Source: Auanema rhodensis
Lineage: Eukaryota > Animalia > Nematoda
Assembly (NCBI GenBank): GCA_964057225.1
Contig: OZ059899.1
Coordinates: 1,674,001 to 1,738,000 of the forward strand
Length of the DNA stretch: 64,000 nt
Direction of reading: 5' to 3'
Shown piece after piece: positions 1 through 12,300 of this stretch; position 1 is the stretch's first letter; every line of letters begins with the position of its first letter. Below the pieces are notes generated by a model, which was not told the DNA's origin, ran no database searches, and saw nothing but the letters and a program-made list of their open reading frames with translations. The position numbers and the translations under genes are program-made.

Positions 1-109
1 TCAAAATAATTTAGCAAAAAGAAGATGTTTTTAGATTCCATTTTACAAGGCAAAGACGATGGACAATGTTATTCAACGAAAAAAATAATTCTTCAGGGTG
101 AAAATCGAG

Positions 110-131
110 GATATAAGTGTGAACTTATATC
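110..131. other. 9-bp perfect inverted repeat with 4-nt loop, in essentially every monomer (shown for copy 1)
   Basis: GATATAAGT (110-118) / GTGA / ACTTATATC (123-131) are exact reverse complements. Confidence 0.9.
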
Positions 132-140
132 AATTGATAT
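127..140. other. 14-bp palindrome ATATCAATTGATAT (perfect in type C monomers, one mismatch ATATCAGTTGATAT in the others)
   Basis: Self-reverse-complementary by inspection; overlaps the 3' arm of the 110-131 hairpin. Confidence 0.9.
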
Positions 141-141
141 C

Positions 142-208
142 TCGGTGCATTTTTAAGCTAGCGCAAATCTGATAACACAGATCGACGCAGCTTAAAAATC
201 CGCATCGA
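142..208. other. Long imperfect inverted repeat (about 67 nt) in each monomer
   Basis: ATTTTTAAGCT (149-159) pairs with AGCTTAAAAAT (189-199); GCG (161-163) with CGC (186-188); ATCTG (167-171) with CAGAT (178-182), loop ATAACA. Outer TCGGTGC (142-148) pairs with GCATCGA (202-208) with one G-T. Confidence 0.88.
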
Positions 209-282
209 ATGCACTATACTACATTGAGAAACGCTTAATACAAAAATTAGTTATGATCGTTTGAAAAATGATGCATTAGTGT

Positions 283-310
283 ATGTTGAGTTTCCATGTA
301 CACTCAACAT
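283..310. other. 9-bp perfect inverted repeat with 10-nt loop in each monomer
   Basis: ATGTTGAGT (283-291) / TTCCATGTAC / ACTCAACAT (302-310). Confidence 0.9.
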
Positions 311-3300
311 TGCTTCCAAAAACATTTTGACAAAAATTTTTTTGAAAAATTTCAAAATAATTTAGCAAAAAGTAGATGTTTTTAGATTCCATTTTTCAAG
401 GCAAAGACGATAGACAATGTTATTCAACAAGAAAATTAATTCTTCAGGGTGAAAATCGAGGATATAAGTGTGAACTTATATCAGTTGATATCTCGGTGCA
501 TTTTTAAGCTAGCGCAAATCTGATAACACAGATCGACGCAGCTTGAAAATCCGCATCGAATGCACTATACTACATTGAGAAAGGCTTAATACAAAAATTA
601 GTTATGATCGTTTGAAAAATGATGCATTAGTGTATGTTGAGTTTCCATGTACACTCAACATTGCTACCAAAAACATTTTGACAAAAATTTTTTTGAAAAA
701 TTTCAGAAAAATTTAGCAAAAAGTAGATGTTTTTAGATTCCATTTTTCAAGGCAAAGACGATGGACAATGTTATTCAACGAAAAAATTAATTCTTCAGGG
801 TGAAAATTGAGGATATAAGTGTGAACTTATATCAGTTGATATCTCGGTGCATTTTTAAGCTACCGCAAATCTGATAACACAGATCGACGCAGCTTAAAAA
901 TCCGCATCAAATGCACTATACTACATTGAGAAACGCTTGATACAAAAATTAGTTATGATCGTTTGAAAAATGATGCATTAGTGTATGTTGAGTTTCCATG
1001 TACACTCAACATTGCTTCCAAAAACATTTTGACAAAACTTTTTTTGAAAAATTTCAAAATAATTTAGCAAAAAGTAGATGTTTTTAGATTCCGTTTTTCA
1101 AGGCAAAGACGATGGACAATGTTATTCAACGAAAAAATTAATTCTTCAGGGTGAAAATCGAGGATATAAGTGTGAACTTATATCAGTTGATATCTCGGTG
1201 CATTTTTAAGCTACCGCAAATCTGATAACACAGATCGACGCAGCTTAAAAATCCGCATCAAATGCACTATACTACATTGAGAAACGCTTGATACAAAAAT
1301 TAGTTATGATCGTTTGAAAAATGATGCATTAGTGTATGTTGAGTTTCCATGTACACTCAACATTGCTTCCAAAAACATTTTGACAAAAATTTTTTCCAAA
1401 AATTTCAAAATAATTTAGCAAAAAGTAGATGTTTTTAGATTCCATTTTACAAGGCAAAGACGATGGACAATGTTATTCAACGAAAAAAATAATTCTTCAG
1501 GGTGAAAATCGAGGATATAAGTGTGAACTTATATCAATTGATATCTCGGTGCATTTTTAAGCTAGCGCAAATCTGATAACACAGATCGACGCAGCTTAAA
1601 AATCCGCATCGAATGCACTATACTACATTGAGAAACGCTTAATACAAAAATTAGTTATGATCGTTTGAAAAATGATGCATTAGTGTATGTTGAGTTTCCA
1701 TGTACACTCAACATTGCTTCCAAAAACATTTTGACAAAAATTTTTTTGAAAAATTTCAGAATAATTTAGCAAAAAGTAGATGTTTTTAGATTCCATTTTT
1801 CAAGGCAAAGACGATAGACAATGTTATTCAACAAGAAAATTAATTCTTCAGGGTGAAAATCGAGGATATAAGTGTGAACTTATATCAGTTGATATCTCGG
1901 TGCATTTTTAAGCTAGCGCAAATCTGATAACACTGATCGACGCAGCTTGAAAATCCGCATCGAATGCACTATACTACATTGAGAAAGGCTTAATACAAAA
2001 ATTAGTTATGATCGTTTGAAAAATGATGCATTAGTGTATGTTGAGTTTCCATGTACACTCAACATTGCTTCCAAAAACATTTTGACAAAAATTTTTTCCA
2101 AAAATTTCAAAATAATTTAGCAAAAAGAAGATGTTTTTAGATTCCATTTTACAAGGCAAAGACGATGGACAATGTTATTCAACGAAAAAAATAATTCTTC
2201 AGGGTGAAAATCGAGGATATAAGTGTGAACTTATATCAATTGATATCTCGGTGCATTTTTAAGCTAGCGCAAATCTGATAACACAGATCGACGCAGCTTA
2301 AAAATCCGCATCGAATGCACTATACTACATTGAGAAACGCTTAATACAAAAATTAGTTATGATCGTTTGAAAAATGATGCATTAGTGTATGTTGAGTTTC
2401 CATGTACACTCAACATTGCTTCCAAAAACATTTTGACAAAAATTTTTTTGAAAAATTTCAAAATAATTTAGCAAAAAGTAGATGTTTTTAGATTCCATTT
2501 TTCAAGGCAAAGACGATAGACAATGTTATTCAACAAGAAAATTAATTCTTCAGGGTGAAAATCGAGGATATAAGTGTGAACTTATATCAGTTGATATCTC
2601 GGTGCATTTTTAAGCTAGCGCAAATCTGATAACACAGATCGACGCAGCTTGAAAATCCGCATCGAATGCACTATACTACATTGAGAAAGGCTTAATACAA
2701 AAATTAGTTATGATCGTTTGAAAAATGATGCATTAGTGTATGTTGAGTTTCCATGTACACTCAACATTGCTACCAAAAACATTTTGACAAAAATTTTTTT
2801 GAAAAATTTCAGAAAAATTTAGCAAAAAGTAGATGTTTTTAGATTCCATTTTTCAAGGCAAAGACGATGGACAATGTTATTCAACGAAAAAATTAATTCT
2901 TCAGGGTGAAAATTGAGGATATAAGTGTGAACTTATATCAGTTGATATCTCGGTGCATTTTTAAGCTACCGCAAATCTGATAACACAGATCGACGCAGCT
3001 TAAAAATCCGCATCAAATGCACTATACTACATTGAGAAACGCTTGATACAAAAATTAGTTATGATCGTTTGAAAAATGATGCATTAGTGTATGTTGAGTT
3101 TCCATGTACACTCAACATTGCTTCCAAAAACATTTTGACAAAAATTTTTTCCAAAAATTTCAAAATAATTTAGCAAAAAGTAGATGTTTTTAGATTCCAT
3201 TTTACAAGGCAAAGACGATGGACAATGTTATTCAACGAAAAAAATAATTCTTCAGGGTGAAAATCGAGGATATAAGTGTGAACTTATATCAATTGATATC

Positions 3301-6300
3301 TCGGTGCATTTTTAAGCTAGCGCAAATCTGATAACACAGATCGACGCAGCTTAAAAATCCGCATCGAATGCACTATACTACATTGAGAAACGCTTAATAC
3401 AAAAATTAGTTATGATCGTTTGAAAAATGATGCATTAGTGTATGTTGAGTTTCCATGTACACTCAACATTGCTTCCAAAAACATTTTGACAAAAATTTTT
3501 TTGAAAAATTTCAGAATAATTTAGCAAAAAGTAGATGTTTTTAGATTCCATTTTTCAAGGCAAAGACGATAGACAATGTTATTCAACAAGAAAATTAATT
3601 CTTCAGGGTGAAAATCGAGGATATAAGTGTGAACTTATATCAGTTGATATCTCGGTGCATTTTTAAGCTAGCGCAAATCTGATAACACTGATCGACGCAG
3701 CTTGAAAATCCGCATCGAATGCACTATACTACATTGAGAAAGGCTTAATACAAAAATTAGTTATGATCGTTTGAAAAATGATGCATTAGTGTATGTTGAG
3801 TTTCCATGTACACTCAACATTGCTTCCAAAAACATTTTGACAAAAATTTTTTCCAAAAATTTCAAAATAATTTAGCAAAAAGAAGATGTTTTTAGATTCC
3901 ATTTTACAAGGCAAAGACGATGGACAATGTTATTCAACGAAAAAAATAATTCTTCAGGGTGAAAATCGAGGATATAAGTGTGAACTTATATCAATTGATA
4001 TCTCGGTGCATTTTTAAGCTAGCGCAAATCTGATAACACAGATCGACGCAGCTTAAAAATCCGCATCGAATGCACTATACTACATTGAGAAACGCTTAAT
4101 ACAAAAATTAGTTATGATCGTTTGAAAAATGATGCATTAGTGTATGTTGAGTTTCCATGTACACTCAACATTGCTTCCAAAAACATTTTGACAAAAATTT
4201 TTTTGAAAAATTTCAAAATAATTTAGCAAAAAGTAGATGTTTTTAGATTCCATTTTTCAAGGCAAAGACGATAGACAATGTTATTCAACAAGAAAATTAA
4301 TTCTTCAGGGTGAAAATCGAGGATATAAGTGTGAACTTATATCAGTTGATATCTCGGTGCATTTTTAAGCTAGCGCAAATCTGATAACACAGATCGACGC
4401 AGCTTGAAAATCCGCATCGAATGCACTATACTACATTGAGAAAGGCTTAATACAAAAATTAGTTATGATCGTTTGAAAAATGATGCATTAGTGTATGTTG
4501 AGTTTCCATGTACACTCAACATTGCTACCAAAAACATTTTGACAAAAATTTTTTTGAAAAATTTCAGAAAAATTTAGCAAAAAGTAGATGTTTTTAGATT
4601 CCATTTTTCAAGGCAAAGACGATGGACAATGTTATTCAACGAAAAAATTAATTCTTCAGGGTGAAAATTGAGGATATAAGTGTGAACTTATATCAGTTGA
4701 TATCTCGGTGCATTTTTAAGCTAGCGCAAATCTGATAACACAGATCGACGCAGCTTAAAAATCCGCATCGAATGCACTATACTACATTGAGAAACGCTTA
4801 ATACAAAAATTAGTTATGATCGTTTGAAAAATGATGCATTAGTGTATGTTGAGTTTCCATGTACACTCAACATTGCTTCCAAAAACATTTTGACAAAACT
4901 TTTTTTGAAAAATTTCAAAATAATTTAGCAAAAAGTAGATGTTTTTAGATTCCGTTTTTCAAGGCAAAGACGATGGACAATGTTATTCAACGAAAAAATT
5001 AATTCTTCAGGGTGAAAATCGAGGATATAAGTGTGAACTTATATCAGTTGATATCTCGGTGCATTTTTAAGCTACCGCAAATCTGATAACACAGATCGAC
5101 GCAGCTTAAAAATCCGCATCAAATGCACTATACTACATTGAGAAACGCTTGATACAAAAATTAGTTATGATCGTTTGAAAAATGATGCATTAGTGTATGT
5201 TGAGTTTCCATGTACACTCAACATTGCTTCCAAAAACATTTTGACAAAAATTTTTTCCAAAAATTTCAAAATAATTTAGCAAAAAGTAGATGTTTTTAGA
5301 TTCCATTTTACAAGGCAAAGACGATGGACAATGTTATTCAACGAAAAAAATAATTCTTCAGGGTGAAAATCGAGGATATAAGTGTGAACTTATATCAATT
5401 GATATCTCGGTGCATTTTTAAGCTAGCGCAAATCTGATAACACAGATCGACGCAGCTTAAAAATCCGCATCGAATGCACTATACTACATTGAGAAACGCT
5501 TAATACAAAAATTAGTTATGATCGTTTGAAAAATGATGCATTAGTGTATGTTGAGTTTCCATGTACACTCAACATTGCTTCCAAAAACATTTTGACAAAA
5601 ATTTTTTTGAAAAATTTCAGAATAATTTAGCAAAAAGTAGATGTTTTTAGATTCCATTTTTCAAGGCAAAGACGATAGACAATGTTATTCAACAAGAAAA
5701 TTAATTCTTCAGGGTGAAAATCGAGGATATAAGTGTGAACTTATATCAGTTGATATCTCGGTGCATTTTTAAGCTAGCGCAAATCTGATAACACTGATCG
5801 ACGCAGCTTGAAAATCCGCATCGAATGCACTATACTACATTGAGAAAGGCTTAATACAAAAATTAGTTATGATCGTTTGAAAAATGATGCATTAGTGTAT
5901 GTTGAGTTTCCATGTACACTCAACATTGCTTCCAAAAACATTTTGACAAAAATTTTTTCCAAAAATTTCAAAATAATTTAGCAAAAAGAAGATGTTTTTA
6001 GATTCCATTTTACAAGGCAAAGACGATGGACAATGTTATTCAACGAAAAAAATAATTCTTCAGGGTGAAAATCGAGGATATAAGTGTGAACTTATATCAA
6101 TTGATATCTCGGTGCATTTTTAAGCTAGCGCAAATCTGATAACACAGATCGACGCAGCTTAAAAATCCGCATCGAATGCACTATACTACATTGAGAAACG
6201 CTTAATACGAAAATTAGTTATGATCGTTTGAAAAATGATGCATTAGTGTATGTTGAGTTTCCATGTACACTCAACATTGCTTCCAAAAACATTTTGACAA

Positions 6301-9300
6301 AAATTTTTTTGAAAAATTTCAAAATAATTTAGCAAAAAGTAGATGTTTTTAGATTCCATTTTTCAAGGCAAAGACGATAGACAATGTTATTCAACAAGAA
6401 AATTAATTCTTCAGGGTGAAAATCGAGGATATAAGTGTGAACTTATATCAGTTGATATCTCGGTGCATTTTTAAGCTAGCGCAAATCTGATAACACAGAT
6501 CGACGCAGCTTGAAAATCCGCATCGAATGCACTATACTACATTGAGAAAGGCTTAATACAAAAATTAGTTATGATCGTTTGAAAAATGATGCATTAGTGT
6601 ATGTTGAGTTTCCATGTACACTCAACATTGCTTCCAAAAACATTTTGACAAAAATTTTTTCCAAAAATTTCAAAATAATTTAGCAAAAAGTAGATGTTTT
6701 TAGATTCCATTTTACAAGGCAAAGACGATGGACAATGTTATTCAACGAAAAAAATAATTCTTCAGGGTGAAAATCGAGGATATAAGTGTGAACTTATATC
6801 AATTGATATCTCGGTGCATTTTTAAGCTAGCGCAAATCTGATAACACAGATCGACGCAGCTTAAAAATCCGCATCGAATGCACTATACTACATTGAGAAA
6901 CGCTTAATACAAAAATTAGTTATGATCGTTTGAAAAATGATGCATTAGTGTATGTTGAGTTTCCATGTACACTCAACATTGCTACCAAAAACATTTTGAC
7001 AAAAATTTTTTTGAAAAATTTCAGAAAAATTTAGCAAAAAGTAGATGTTTTTAGATTCCATTTTTCAAGGCAAAGACGATGGACAATGTTATTCAACGAA
7101 AAAAATAATTCTTCAGGGTGAAAATCGAGGATATAAGTGTGAACTTATATCAGTTGATATCTCGGTGCATTTTTAAGCTAGCGCAAATCTGATAACACAG
7201 ATCGACGCAGCTTAAAAATCCGCATCGAATGCACTATACTACATTGAGAAAAACTTAATACAAAAATTAGTTATGATCGTTTGAAAAATGATGCATTAGT
7301 GTATGTTGAGTTTCCATGTACACTCAACATTGCTTCCAAAAACATTTTGACAAAAATTTTTTCGAAAAATTTCGAAATAATTTAGCAAAAAGTAGATGTT
7401 TTTAGATTCCATTTTTCAAGGCAAAGACGATGGACAATGTTATTCAACGAAAAAAATAATTCTTCAGGGTGAAAATCGAGGATATAAGTGTGAACTTATA
7501 TCAGTTGATATCTCGGTGCATTTTTAAGCTAGCGCAAATCTGATAACACAGATCGACGAAACTTAAAAATCCGCATCGAATGCACTATACTACATTGAGA
7601 AACGCTTGATACAAAAATTAGTTATGATCGTTTGAAAAATGATGCATTAGTGTATGTTGAGTTTCCATGTACACTCAACATTGCTTCCAAAAACATTTTG
7701 ACAAAAATTTTTTCGAAAAATTTCAAAATAATTTAGCAAAAAGTAGATGTTTTTAAATTCTTTTTTTCAAGGCAAAGACGATGAACAATGTTATTCAACG
7801 AAAAAATCAATTCTTCAGGGTGAAAATCGAGGATATAAGTGTGAACTTATATCAGTTGATATCTCGGTGCATTTTTAAGCTAGCGCAAATCTGATAACAC
7901 AGATCGACGCAGCTTAAAAATCCGCATCAAATGCACTATACTACATTGAGAAACGCTTGATACAAAAATTAGTTATGATCGTTTGAAAAATGATGCATTA
8001 GTGTATGTTGAGTTTCCATGTACACTCAACATTGCTTCCAAAAACATTTTGACAAAAATTTTTTCGAAAAATTTCAAATAAATTTAGCAAAAAGTAGATG
8101 TTTTTAGATTCCATTTCTCAAGGCAAAGACGATGGACAATGTTATTCAACGAAAAAATTAATTCTTCAGGGTGAAAATTGAGGATATAAGTGTGAACTTA
8201 TATCAGTTGATATCTCGGTGCATTTTTAAGCTAGCGCAAATCTGATAACACAGATCGACGCAGCTTAAAAATCCGCATCGAATGCACTATACTACATTGA
8301 GAAACGCTTAATACAAAAATTAGTTATGATCGTTTGAAAAATGATGCATTAGTGTATGTTGAGTTTCCATGTACACTCAACATTGCTTCCAAAAACATTT
8401 TGACAAAACTTTTTTTGAAAAATTTCAAAATAATTTAGCAAAAAGTAGATGTTTTTAGATTCCGTTTTTCAAGGCAAAGACGATGGACAATGTTATTCAA
8501 CGAAAAAAATAATTCTTCAGGGTGAAAATCGAGGATATAAGTGTGAACTTATATCAGTTGATATCTCGGTGCATTTTTAAGCTAACGCAAATCTGATAAC
8601 ACAGATCGACGCAGCTTAAAAATCCGCATCAAATGCACTATACTACATTGAGAAACGCTTGATACAAAAATTAGTTATGATCGTTTGAAAAATGATGCAT
8701 TAGTGTATGTTGAGTTTCCATGTACACTCAACATTGCTTCCAAAAACATTTTGACAAAAATTTTTTCGAAAAATTTCAAATAAATTTAGCAAAAAGTAGA
8801 TGTTTTTAGATTCCATTTCTCAAGGCAAAGACGATGGACAATGTTATTCAACGAAAAAATTAATTCTTCAGGGTGAAAATTGAGGATATAAGTGTGAACT
8901 TATATCAGTTGATATCTCGGTGCATTTTTAAGCTAGCGCAAATCTGATAACACAGATCGACGCAGCTTAAAAATCCGCATCGAATGCACTATACTACATT
9001 GAGAAACGCTTAATACAAAAATTAGTTATGATAGTTTGAAAAATGATGCATTAGTGTATGTTGAGTTTCCATGTACACTCAACATTGCTTCCAAAAACAT
9101 TTTGACAAAACTTTTTTTGAAAAATTTCAAAATAATTTAGCAAAAAGTAGATGTTTTTAGATTCCGTTTTTCAAGGCAAAGACGATGGACAATGTTATTC
9201 AACGAAAAAAATAATTCTTCAGGGTGAAAATCGAGGATATAAGTGTGAACTTATATCAGTTGATATCTCGGTGCATTTTTAAGCTAACGCAAATCTGATA

Positions 9301-12300
9301 ACACAGATCGACGCAGCTTAAAAATCCGCATCAAATGCACTATACTACATTGAGAAACGCTTGATACAAAAATTAGTTATGATCGTTTGAAAAATGATGC
9401 ATTAGTGTATGTTGAGTTTCCATGTACACTCAACATTGCTTCCAAAAACATTTTGACAAAAATTTTTTCGAAAAATTTCAAATAAATTTAGCAAAAAGTA
9501 GATGTTTTTAGATTCCATTTCTCAAGGCAAAGACGATGGACAATGTTATTCAACGAAAAAATTAATTCTTCAGGGTGAAAATTGAGGATATAAGTGTGAA
9601 CTTATATCAGTTGATATCTCGGTGCATTTTTAAGCTAGCGCAAATCTGATAACACAGATCGACGCAGCTTAAAAATCCGCATCGAATGCACTATACTACA
9701 TTGAGAAACGCTTAATACAAAAATTAGTTATGATCGTTTGAAAAATGATGCATTAGTGTATGTTGAGTTTCCATGTACACTCAACATTGCTTCCAAAAAC
9801 ATTTTGACAAAACTTTTTTTGAAAAATTTCAAAATAATTTAGCAAAAAGTAGATGTTTTTAGATTCCGTTTTTCAAGGCAAAGACGATGGACAATGTTAT
9901 TCAACGAAAAAAATAATTCTTCAGGGTGAAAATCGAGGATATAAGTGTGAACTTATATCAGTTGATATCTCGGTGCATTTTTAAGCTACCGCAAATCTGA
10001 TAACACAGATCGACGCAGCTTAAAAATCCGCATCAAATGCACTATACTACATTGAGAAACGCTTGATACAAAAATTAGTTATGATCGTTTGAAAAATGAT
10101 GCATTAGTGTATGTTGAGTTTCCATGTACACTCAACATTGCTTCCAAAAACATTTTGACAAAAATTTTTTCCAAAAATTTCAAAATAATTTAGCAAAAAG
10201 TAGATGTTTTTAGATTCCATTTTACAAGGCAAAGACGATGGACAATGTTATTCAACGAAAAAAATAATTCTTCAGGGTGAAAATCGAGGATATAAGTGTG
10301 AACTTATATCAATTGATATCTCGGTGCATTTTTAAGCTAGCGCAAATCTGATAACACAGATCGACGCAGCTTAAAAATCCGCATCGAATGCACTATACTA
10401 CATTGAGAAACGCTTAATACAAAAATTAGTTATGATCGTTTGAAAAATGATGCATTAGTGTATGTTGAGTTTCCATGTACACTCAACATTGCTTCCAAAA
10501 ACATTTTGACAAAACTTTTTTTGAAAAATTTCAAAATAATTTAGCAAAAAGTAGATGTTTTTAGATTCCGTTTTTCAAGGCAAAGACGATGGACAATGTT
10601 ATTCAACGAAAAAAATAATTCTTCAGGGTGAAAATCGAGGATATAAGTGTGAACTTATATCAGTTGATATCTCGGTGCATTTTCAAGCTAGCGCAAATCT
10701 GATAACACAGATCGACGCAGCTTAAAAATCCTCATCAAATGCACTATACTACATTGAGAAACGCTTGATACAAAAATTAGTTATGATCGTTTGAAAAATG
10801 ATGCATTAGTGTATGTTGAGTTTCCATGTACACTCAACATTGCTTCCAAAAACATTTTGACAAAAATTTTTTCGAAAAATTTCAAATAAATTTAGCAAAA
10901 AGTAGATGTTTTTAGATTCCATTTCTCAAGGCAAAGACGATGGACAATGTTATTCAACGAAAAAATTAATTCTTCAGGGTGAAAATTGAGGATATAAGTG
11001 TGAACTTATATCAGTTGATATCTCGGTGCATTTTTAAGCTAGCGCAAATCTGATAACACAGATCGACGCAGCTTAAAAATCCGCATCGAATGCACTATAC
11101 TACATTGAGAAACGCTTAATACAAAAATTAGTTATGATCGTTTGAAAAATGATGCATTAGTGTATGTTGAGTTTCCATGTACACTCAACATTGCTTCCAA
11201 AAACATTTTGACAAAACTTTTTTTGAAAAATTTCAAAATAATTTAGCAAAAAGTAGATGTTTTTAGATTCCGTTTTTCAAGGCAAAGACGATGGACAATG
11301 TTATTCAACGAAAAAATTAATTCTTCAGGGTGAAAATCGAGGATATAAGTGTGAACTTATATCAGTTGATATCTCGGTGCATTTTTAAGCTACCGCAAAT
11401 CTGATAACACAGATCGACGCAGCTTAAAAATCCGCATCAAATGCACTATACTACATTGAGAAACGCTTGATACAAAAATTAGTTATGATCGTTTGAAAAA
11501 TGATGCATTAGTGTATGTTGAGTTTCCATGTACACTCAACATTGCTTCCAAAAACATTTTGACAAAAATTTTTTCCAAAAATTTCAAAATAATTTAGCAA
11601 AAAGTAGATGTTTTTAGATTCTATTTTACAAGGCAAAGACGATGGACAATGTTATTCAACGAAAAAAATAATTCTTCAGGGTGAAAATCGAGGATATAAG
11701 TGTGAACTTATATCAATTGATATCTCGGTGCATTTTTAAGCTAGCGCAAATCTGATAACACAGATCGACGCAGCTTAAAAATCCGCATCGAATGCACTAT
11801 ACTACATTGAGAAACGCTTAATACAAAAATTAGTTATGATCGTTTGAAAAATGATGCATTAGTGTATGTTGAGTTTCCATGTACACTCAACATTGCTTCC
11901 AAAAACATTTTGACAAAACTTTTTTTGAAAAATTTCAAAATAATTTAGCAAAAAGTAGATGTTTTTAGATTCCGTTTTTCAAGGCAAAGACGATGGACAA
12001 TGTTATTCAACGAAAAAAATAATTCTTCAGGGTTAAAATCGAGGATATAAGTGTGAACTTATATCAGTTGATATCTCGGTGCATTTTTAAGCTAGCGCAA
12101 ATCTGATAACACAGATCGACGCAGCTTAAAAATCCGCATCAAATGCACTATACTACATTGAGAAACGCTTGATACAAAAATTAGTTATGATCGTTTGAAA
12201 AATGATGCATTAGTGTATGTTGAGTTTCCATGTACACTCAACATTGCTTCCAAAAACATTTTGACAAAAATTTTTTCCAAAAATTTCAAAATAATTTAGC

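Larger units (their letters stand above)
1..351 (+). repeat. Representative 351-bp monomer (arbitrary register; type C)
   Basis: Sequence repeats from 352 onward. There is a GC-richer core at about 141-235 and an A/T-tract-rich part at about 318-351 plus 1-90. Confidence 0.98.
1..6669 (+). repeat. Higher-order repeat block, 6/5/6-mer, rich in C and D monomers
   Basis: Private variant GAAGATG at 22, 2128, 3883, 5989 (spacings 2106, 1755, 2106). Variant CACTGAT at 1934, 3689, 5795 (1755, 2106). Confidence 0.88.

Noticed and set aside
65-81. CENP-B-box-like motif on the minus strand (TTTCGTTGAATAACATT)
   Set aside because: Matches the TTCG....A half but lacks the essential CGGG, so it is not a canonical box.
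110-310. Hairpins as bacterial terminators, promoters or attC sites
   Set aside because: No genes or prokaryotic context, and the stems lack GC-rich stem plus U-tract or attC consensus features.
1-351. Tandem 5S rRNA, tRNA, snRNA or spliced-leader gene unit
   Set aside because: No recognisable 5S or snRNA sequence, cloverleaf, Pol III A/B boxes or known leader; an Infernal/Rfam search would settle it.
1-351. Monomer as a diverged dimer of about 175-bp subunits
   Set aside because: Only weak A/T-rich similarity (79-105 versus 242-268), not distinguishable from compositional bias by eye.
1-351. Assignment to Drosophila 1.688, beetle or cucurbit satellites of similar length
   Set aside because: Only length and AT-richness agree; I cannot support sequence homology without a search.
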